Shown here: piece by piece, positions 55,191-64,000 of the stretch
Numbering within the stretch: position 1 is the first letter of the stretch
Layout of the letters: each line of letters begins with the position of its first letter
From: Dimorphilus gyrociliatus
Lineage: Eukaryota > Animalia > Annelida
NCBI GenBank assembly: GCA_904063045.1
Contig: CAJFCJ010000002.1
Location: 2,847,891-2,911,890 of the forward strand
Reading direction: 5' to 3'
Length of the DNA: 64,000 bases
Notes under the pieces: generated by a model
The model's database searches: none
Seen by the model: only the letters and a program-made list of their open reading frames with translations
Told to the model about the DNA's origin: nothing
Program-made: the position numbers and the translations under genes

Positions 55191-56669
55191 ATGAATGGAT
55201 CGGAAAATGCAACAACTTCTGTTTATGTGGCCGATTTTTCCTACCATCCGATTGCAATTATATCTTGCATAATATTCCTCATTAATTACAAAATAATAGG
55301 GCCGAAAATTTCAAGTTTTTTGACCGATAAATACGCAGGATTGCCTAAAGCCAAAAAAGTTGATTGGAATACTAGGTAAGCTTTATTTAAATAATTTTCA
55401 TAAAGAACATTTTGAGTGTAAAACATTAGATAATGAAGAGTATTAAGAAGTAAATAAATTATTTGAGAAATAAAGGTATTATTTCCCAATCCCTCCATTG
55501 TTTTTTCATGTAATTGTATTACGTAGAAGAATTAAATAAAAGTACACAAATAAAGAAACAAATACAATATTATTTATATTATTATTATTATTATTACTAT
55601 TCTATTTTCAAAACTAAATGTTCAATTTTGAACTTGTGAACATAATATTGATTTTTGATGGAGATGTTAAATATTATCTAACATCTAATCATTAGTTGTC
55701 AACGGTCAGTGTTTTATTATTCATTTCAAGTCTTTTAAAAGAACACCGCATCGACTTTACGTAATATCTTTAATCTAAATACGGAACAAACATACGGTCG
55801 TATTTCGTTAAGTACAAGAGTTAAGACAAACTAAACGATATTCGTAGTACAAGTTTATTAACTAAACAAAAACATTCTCTTTAATAATTTATTCTTTATT
55901 AGGATTAAATAATATTTTTAATAATCAATGATTTTTTGATCCAAGTTTTTTGTTTTGTTTTTGTTTTTGATGTTTTTTTAATTTTAGAGTAAACTCAACT
56001 GTTCATGCAACCATTGTCAGCATTATTTGCGTCTACCTATTTATATATGATGAAAAAGTTAATGAAGACCCCGTGTGGTATGTTGTTTCAAAGTTATCTT
56101 CCTATTATTAACAGTCTTTCATAATTCTAATATAATTATTTATTTTCATCAGGGGTGAATCGCCTATGGTTCGAACGACTTGCGCAGTTGTTGTTGGTTA
56201 TATGGTGTCTGACATACTGATAGTATTATATCATTGGAAAGAACTTGGAGAGTTCTTTTTCATTTTTCATCATGCAGCCTCAATTTACGCTTACCTCTTC
56301 GTTATTACTTATGGTGTCCTACCATGGTTTGCTAACTTTCGATTAATAGCAGAATTTTCTACTCCTCTTGTTAACCAACGTTGGTTTCTGGATGCTATAG
56401 AACATGACAAATCATCAAAAGTGTTTGTTGTTAATGGTGTGAGCATGTCAATCATTTTCTTCCTTGTTAGAATAGCTGTACTACCCGTATATTGGGGTAG
56501 AGTCTATAGTTATTATGGAACAGCGTCAGCGTTGAGGGTTGGACGGATGTGGTTTGTTTTGGTCTCTTCCTGTGCAGTTTTGGATTCAATCAACATATTC
56601 TGGATGTATAGAATTTATAGAGGATTGAAGAAAGTTATAAAAGCGAAAAGAGAGGCCAAGAGTAATTAA
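55191..56669 (+). CDS. TLCD4: TLC domain-containing protein 4 (TMEM56-like); 3 exons
   Basis: Exons 55191-55375, 55988-56077, 56153-56669; DWNTR|VNSTVHA, FIFHHAA, AEFSTPLVNQRWFL, FFLVRI, LDSINIFW. Confidence 0.88.
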
Positions 56670-57339
56670 CATTAAGCCATTCATTCGTTTCAGACACATT
56701 TATTGACGTAGATAATTTCTCAACAAAAGAAAATAAGTCAAGGGACATTAGCCCTATCAAAAAAAGATATAGATATATTATTCAATTATGGACTTACCAA
56801 TAAATACAAATAATATAGTTCATTGTTTACTAGTAAAAAAATGTTATTCTCTTTATGCAAATGAAAAAAGGAATAAAATAATATTAATCGTTCAATGTAT
56901 TGTCCTAGTTTAAACGATTCTACCGAACGAATTTTAGCAACTGTTAGAATGTTTACTGAAAAATATTAGGAAAATATATAGGAGCGACATCTTTATAATA
57001 TAAAACTATAAATAATAAGTAATATTAAGCACGATTAAATAGAAAATAAATTGAAAGAAGACTCAACGTTTATTAGCGTAAAACTGAATCAACGATCTCT
57101 TTATCTTTTATCTAATTTTTTTGCACACTTAGGAAGCTTACAGCCCCTTAAAATGGTATATAACAAAGTTTTTCAATAGTTACACATTGATAATGAAAAT
57201 GTAAATAAGGATTTCGCTTCGCTCGTATCAAACCTTTACACATTTTTTTATACGGTTTTTTTTCAAGAATGGAGATAACACAAATAACACCGTTCGAATA
57301 TGACAAATCTATCGCTAGGGTTTTAATAACAAGAAAATC

Positions 57340-57346
<7 letters not shown>

Positions 57347-57388
<42 letters not shown>

Positions 57389-57540
57389 GTATATCAATTT
57401 TTTTAGAGTACTTAAATATGTCAATATAGAAAATAAATATATATAAGTATACATATAAATATATAATTATGCATACATGTATTTATACATATATATGTAT
57501 ATATATGGATACATATATATATATATATATAATATATAAA
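57347..57540. repeat. Compound (TA)n/(TACA)n low-complexity tract
   Basis: Read directly; intergenic or 3' UTR between TLCD4 and KPNB1. Confidence 0.9.
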
Positions 57541-57968
57541 ATATTGTTTTAGGAAAGTGTTAGAAGGCAATATATCCTAGTGTGTGCGTGCTTGTGTCTG
57601 CAGGATGGATGAATGTTTCGTGTCTCTTGGTAAGCTGAGTTTACATTAAGCAATTTCACTTCCCGTTTATTGGTTTACATATGTAAATTTATACCAATAA
57701 CATTTGAAATGTTTTAAATATATATAAGTATATTGTTGCTTTAAAAGAGTGAAAAGAAATTTTTCAGGGTAATTTTCTTTAAAAAATGTTATATTCACTG
57801 AGCATATCTTTAAAATATCCGAAAAGAAATTTGTGAATTTTCAACTCTAACGGTTTGAAAAAAGAGATAACCTTTTTTAAGCAGTTCGTTAGCGATAGAT
57901 AAAACTGAAACAGAAATTACGCCTGAAGGAAATTGCCTAATGTAAAAACGGCGTTACTCTCTCTTCAA

Positions 57969-58064
57969 TATACATGTATATATATAATACATACATACAT
58001 ATATATATATATACATATATATACATATATATATATATACATATATATATACATATATATATAG

Positions 58065-58096
<32 letters not shown>

Positions 58097-58153
58097 TATA
58101 TACATATATTGTGGACGTTTAATTATATATGTATATATGTGCATATATATATA
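57969..58153. repeat. Compound (TA)n/(CATA)n tract just 3' of the KPNB1 stop
   Basis: Read directly. Confidence 0.9.
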
Positions 58154-58168
58154 TCAGCCTTATGACGC

Positions 58169-61100
58169 CTAGCTACTAGCATTCACATTGTTTTTTAGTT
58201 TCCTCATTTCCCTTGTCGCCCAGTTTCCTAAGCTCTTTGTCTTTGCAGTTTTCGACCGCCTAGCTTTCTGTAACAAGGACAATACACCGGGAATATCCAA
58301 AGCTTGTAAGGCAGCCCCTTTAAAAGTTGTCAGTAAGTCACCGATTAAACCACAAGCGGCAGCAAGAACAGCATCACTACTATCAGGACTGGCATCAATC
58401 GCTTGCAGTAGATGTACCATATTCATAACAGAAGGTTCTAATAATTGTCTAGATTCCTCTTTCGTTCCCTGTACAATTCCTGTATAAGCCTCTAAACAGC
58501 CTTCGCGTAGTTCATTGATATAGTCCATAACATCGGCGTCTTCAGGTTGCTGAATGGCAGCTTCAGCAGCTTGTTGCAGCATACCATTAAGAACAATTGG
58601 GGCGTATTTTGTGAATTGAACACCCATGGCTAACGCCATATCGCCTATTACACCCAAAACTGGCGGCTTCAAACTTCTTGGTACATTTTCGGCTCCTATG
58701 AGATTAAGTAATCGATTCATTAGGAGGTCAGCAAAAGGTTGTATCTCAGAATTTAGAGCTCTACATATATCACCGACCAATCCGACGGCTGCGCTACATA
58801 CAGCTTCTTCATCATATCTTTGAAGTGCTGTTTCGACTATAGGTACTAAATGTATCATGTACTTTGAGAAACCAGTATCCATGACCTCTACAAGAGCAGC
58901 AATAGCAAGGAGGGCATCTTCGTGGACACCACCATGTGGTAGGCCACCGTTTGGCGGGGACAAAACTGACATAAGGGCCGACATGGCGGGATCAGCGATA
59001 ACTGGTAGGTCGTTCTTTTGAAGTTTCCTCAAAACCGTCTGCAAACATGCACAAAGCAAAGACTGAACGTCAACGTTTTCTGACGTAGTACCATGGACTG
59101 TTGCTTTCTGAAGACGCTCTAATATAACCTGGGCGCAATGTTGAACAGCTTCGTAGCAATCCTTTGGAGCATTTTTAATGAGTTCCATCAGTGCTTCGTA
59201 AGCTGCAGACTTAAGATTATGCGTGTTTGCGTCTGGGCGTTCAGTTGTATCAAGCAGACCAGCGACAATTGCTCCTAAATAAGGACTAAGAGCAAAAGTA
59301 TGCAGGGTATCATCTGTTTCATCAACATGAACTCCGTTTGTTTGTGCATGGGCTTGATCTGCAGCAGCATCTGCTAATGAAGATAGTGCCCAACAGACAT
59401 TCGTTGCTACTCTGGATTCTGCTCTGAGTGCATCACCTAAAGCATTCAATAATAGTTGAACTAGGGCGTCGTGGAGGACAACATCTCTTAGAATATCACA
59501 AACTCTACCGATAGTCCAAGCAGCAGTATCTCTGACGGCTAAGGAAGCGTCGCCCCTCACCATATCTATTAGAGCAGGCATTGCTTGTTGTACAACAGGC
59601 CTTAAAGTTTCGATATTCGGACCTTCCAATATTGAGCCGAAAGCTAAAACTGCCGCATCTCTGTGACGCCAATCAGCAGAAGCAATGTTGTCAGTAACGA
59701 AAGGAAGAACATGAGGTAAAACATCGTCCTCACAAGTCGTTGCCAAGAGCATTAGGCATACGCCAGCCGCTTTAGCTGGTGTCCAATCATCATCTTCATC
59801 ATCCTCATCAACAGCTCCCCTTGGAAGAGTTTGCAGGAGAAGGGGTGCTAGAAATTGCAGTGCTCCTTTAGCATAAAATCTCGAAACTTTCGCAGGAGGA
59901 CGACCTAGCTCCATGGCTTCAGCCGCTTCAATTGCTAAATCAAGTTCTTCATCACAAACCGTGCTCCAAAATTCAATGCCTAAATAAAATCATGTAATTA
60001 GTAATAAGAATTAATAGTTTCGTAATAATTATCAAGAAATGAAAAATATGAATAAATTGTTTCACTTTGAAAACTAGTCAAATGATTATATTGCTCAATC
60101 GCTTTTTTTAGATTTTCAAAAAGCTTACTCAATGGTTAAAAAAGTATTTACTGTTTTGAAACCAAGAATTGTTTACCTTGTAGAGCAATTGCATCAACAT
60201 CTGATCTCATAGCATCTAATGTAATTGCAAATAAAGCTGGACCCATGTAATGTTCCATATGATTGTAATATAATGACATTATCCTTACAAGACATTGCAA
60301 AGCTGCGACTCTTACGTTAGTAGATGAACTTTGCGTGGCTTCACAAACAACTTGCATTAAAAAGTGTCGTTCTGATTCTTTGTCGAAATTAGCACGCGTA
60401 AATTCAAGTGAGTTCAATAGAGCATTTGTTGCTGCCACTCTCACACTTTCCGACGGTTCGTCTTTCTTCATGCCATGAACAATTGCTGTTAGTATCTGAT
60501 TAGATTGTGACTGTAAAACCTCAGGTTCAATGTCTTGACAAATATAGCCAAGGGCTTCCAAAGTTGCCTGTCTAACAGGTTCAGTACTCTCAGTGGCTGT
60601 AACATTATCGGTTAAAATTTGAATGAGGTTTGGCCACAATTGGTGGGGAAGTTCCGCACAAGCTATATATGCCACGCATTGTGCGGCTGATGAAGGATGA
60701 AATGTTTCGGTTCCGAGAGTTTCGAGAACATTTTGCTTGATATACTGTCGTAGATTCTCTTCAAATGAGAGCCAACGCTGCATATGTTGAGCTCGAACAG
60801 AAGATTCCTTGGAATATAGAGCATTTTTAAGTTGTAAACCAGATTGCATACGAGCTACGGGACTATTGGATGTGAGTTTTAATATTTCCGATAGTTGTTT
60901 AAGAAGTTCAGGCTGAAATGAAGAGAAGAACCATAATTATGACTACCAAATAGACGTAGATTTTACACAGTAAAATATATAGCTTGTGATTTGAATATCA
61001 CTAGTCAAGTTCAAAATCACCAAAATTTATTATTAATGCGTTAGCGTACAACGGTAGAGATTAAAGTTTCCATTTTTTGTTCATTAAATGAAAGAAAATA

Positions 61101-61275
61101 AAACTAAAACAAACCAAATTTTGCTGTGCGGCATTTTCTAAAAACTGTTGAGCTGTTCTCAGTTCGTTTTGATCTGTGGGGCGAAGAACACAATATAAAA
61201 ATCGATTACTCTTGATACGAATTATAAATTTATACCTGGGGAAACAGTCTTCTCCAATATCGTAATTAAATCCAT
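58169..61275 (-). CDS. KPNB1: Importin subunit beta-1; 4 exons
   Basis: [13 protein letters not shown]|[114 protein letters not shown]. Confidence 0.97.
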
Positions 61276-61375
61276 TTTTATTCCCTGCCCATGTGCCGGA
61301 AAAGTTCAATATGGCCGAAGAACAGTCAGTTTGAATTTGAAGACGTATGTAATACGTATTTATTGACTATGTTTT

Positions 61376-61500
61376 CAAAATGGCCAGTATTAAACAATTA
61401 AAGTCCGCCATTTTTTTAGATCCCAAGCTCGCTAGAAAGACTATCTCTATAAATATTTTTTGTTAACTCAAATCTTATTGGCTTGATAGCACAGCCAATC
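61376..61500. promoter_or_regulatory. KPNB1/SLC22 divergent promoter: YY1-type CCGCCATTTT (61405-61414), TATA-like CTATAAAT (61448), inverted CCAAT pair (ATTGG 61477, AGCCAATC 61493-61500)
   Basis: Motifs read directly; factor identity inferred from consensus. Confidence 0.45.
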
Positions 61501-62065
61501 ATAAGATTTTTATCAAAAAATGGCTCTAACTTTTTGAAAATATTTATGTTTTAACAAAAATTAGCACCCGTAGTAATCACTTTGAACAATTTATTTTCTA
61601 AAAAAATTTCAATGTAAACCGAGTTTAAACTATAAAAGTCTTTTTTGTTTTAAAAATGACTAATATCTATTTAATTGCGTACAATATCACAGATATTTAA
61701 AATCTTGTCAGCTACGGATTACAAGTATTTTTCTTTTATTGTATAGAAGAAAAAGTTGACTATAAAGAATCAAGAGATTAGAAACAATATTTTGAAATAT
61801 TATGAAATATAAAATATTATAAGAATGAAAGCATATAAACGAATCACACACATAAAATCTATATTGAACAAGACATGAAAACAAGTATGGCTGACCTTAC
61901 TTAGTAACAAACATACAATTTAAGAAAAAGAATAAAAGCTTTTTGTAGATCTATAATTTAATCTTTGCTGAAAAATAATGATTTTTAGTTACGATAATAA
62001 AATAACAAATGTGGGTCAGTTATAAATACTTTACAATATACAGTACATATTTCAACTAAAAAACG

Positions 62066-62118
62066 TTTAGAAAAAGTACTGCAGTTGGATTTTATTGACC
62101 TGCAGTACTTTTTCTAAA
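62066..62118. repeat. Perfect 19-bp inverted repeat with 15-nt spacer
   Basis: TTTAGAAAAAGTACTGCAG (62066-62084) and CTGCAGTACTTTTTCTAAA (62100-62118). Confidence 0.95.
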
Positions 62119-62247
62119 TCCAACCAAAAATGTACTTTTTTATTGTTAGAGATAAATCTTTAAATTTATGCAAATTTGTGCATTTGATAAAGAATAGATG
62201 CTAACAATTCAGTCTTATCAAGCTTTGCACTCTAACGTATTGTGAAA

Positions 62248-63985
62248 ATGTCCTTAAATCCTAAACAAGAATATAATGATATTATCACTTTTTATCAATC
62301 TTTACTTTATACTATTCTTGGTGCTAGCCAATTTCTTGGTGTTGAGATTATATTAATTAACTACTTGATAACGAAACAAAACTTTTGGTGCCGTATTAAG
62401 GAGCTTGAAAAATTCTCTTTCCATAGGCAAAAACTAATTGCAATTCCGAATTATGACAATTCTTTGAGTCGGTGTTATAAGTTCCCTTTGAACTATTCTT
62501 CGTACTCTCTGACTGAGTTTCTCAACTGGGACGAAGATAAGAGGGACAAAATCGGCAGATTGTATAACTACAAAAACTCTTGGACTGAATGTCAAAACGG
62601 ATGGATTTTTGATAAAAGTATCTTTACGTCTACAATAAGCGAATTGTGGAGTCTGGTCTGTGGAAATAGTTGGATTATACCTCTGATATCATCTTTTTAC
62701 ATGTTGGGACGATGTTTGGGTTATTTTGGCGGCAAATTAATGTCCGATAAATTTGGTAGGAAAAAATCAATATTGATTTCCTTACTTGTAAGATTAGCAG
62801 GTGGTTTTCTGGAGGCTTTCTCTCAAAATTATATCATCTTTTCAATTGGACGCTTCATACACGCTTTCGGAACAATGAGTTGTAATTGTTCAGCTTTCGA
62901 ACTAGGTTGTTTTTTTTTTTTGTTTTTTTTTTATCTAAAGTATATTAATGATGTAAAACTATCTTCCTTTATGGACAGTTTGTGATTTCTCTAACGGAAC
63001 AAATAGATTTATACTGAGCTTATTTTGGAAATTCCTGTTTAGTTTGGGAATATCAAATCAAGCTATAATCTCTTATTTCATTCGAGATTCTTTTATTTTG
63101 CAACTAATCGCTATTATACCCATTTCTATCCTGCTCTCTTATTATTTGTAAGACTTCAACTATACAAATATCTTTATGATATTATGCAGTTTTTCTCAAA
63201 TGTAGCATTTTGGATGAATCTCCTCTATGGCTTATAAATACTAAGAATTTAAATGAAGCTACTTCTATTATCCAAAAAACTGATCAAATCAATGGAAAAA
63301 TACCGACAAATTTACATATAGATTTATTTTCAACAATTACAAGTTCAAAAGATATTCGTCTAATTGAAAATGTTAAAAAAAGGGCCATTTTATTTAGCTA
63401 TACTTCGTAGGCTTTGTATTTAAATATAAGATTATTTTGGTATATAGCTTAGAATTGATAATATTTTTCTTAGATTTGCTAGTAGCCTACTTTATTTTGG
63501 TCTATTATTAAATATTCCATCGATGAGTGGGAATATATACTTGAATGGCTTTTTAATGGGCATTGCAGATATACCTTTTCTTTTAATAGGTAAGCTATTT
63601 ATCTCAAATAATTGACTATTAGAGTATTTAATACTTTGTAGGTTTCTTTCTGAAGAGGAAAATAGGAGTAAGGCACCTGTTGGGAGGATCTTTCATTTTG
63701 GCGTCAATATTTGAATTTATACTAATTTGGTTAATAATAAAGAAACGTTTGTTCTGCAAAGAAAGTTTTTTTGGAATTTATATTTGTCCTATTTCGGCAG
63801 AATCAATTATTTGGACGACAATCATCGTACTTTGTGCCAAAGCGTCTATTTCCCTCTCGAACGCATTGAATATTTCAGATATTATAGGGATATTTTCTTT
63901 CAAAAAGAGAAATTTTGGGCTTATAATGATAATAATTTCAAGTAGTGCGGGAGAGATTATAGCACCTTTCATCGGAGATTCTATA
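62248..63985 (+). CDS. SLC22 (organic cation/anion transporter, MFS) family protein, divergent; 3' end runs off the window
   Basis: Large luminal loop with FWC...SRC...CQNGWIFDKSIFTSTISELWSLVCG; motif A SDKFGRKK; ILDESPLWL; five exons traced in frame up to a donor at 63986. Confidence 0.85.
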
Positions 63986-64000
63986 GTAAAACATTTCTTA

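Noticed and set aside
58188-58823. Plus-strand ORFs opposite KPNB1, and similar 60-110 aa ORFs elsewhere in the track
   Set aside because: They are antisense shadows of real exons, or AT-rich low-complexity frames with non-ATG starts and no protein signature.

Overview
Eukaryotic, AT-rich (roughly 30% GC by eye), very gene-dense animal DNA. Most introns are only about 50-70 nt, and several neighbouring genes are under 150 bp apart. This is consistent with a compacted invertebrate genome such as a miniaturised annelid, but that is inference and the species cannot be fixed from the sequence. The ORF track mostly shows exon fragments, so gene models were rebuilt by hand from splice sites and protein similarity. 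The window holds 17 protein-coding genes: an SIFamide/NPFF-type GPCR, a non-alpha nicotinic receptor subunit, SDR39U1, IFRD, YEATS4, FANCD2, MTR4/MTREX, MSH5, a Fos/ATF3-like bZIP, MED23, poly(A) polymerase, a nucleoside hydrolase, FCHO, HDAC3, TLCD4/TMEM56, importin-beta and a partial SLC22 transporter. It also holds a cluster of 7 intact tRNA-Ser genes, one tRNA-Ser pseudogene and a tRNA-Gln. The four most unusual signals are: (1) an MSH5 intron whose best protein-consistent donor is non-canonical (AG|GAAAGT, a GA-AG intron) and whose two ends form a 15/16 terminal inverted repeat, resembling a transposon-made (Introner-like) intron; (2) four tRNA-Ser(TGA) genes with four different 37/38 introns that all keep the C32:G(-3) pair, beside an intronless copy with the same anticodon; (3) a triplicated phase-0 exon in the poly(A) polymerase tail, each copy with a KRxR NLS-like motif, plus a candidate alternative short terminal or poison exon; (4) repeated TA-CAG-TA/TA-CTG-TA interruptions of (TA)n runs matching Tc1/mariner excision footprints.
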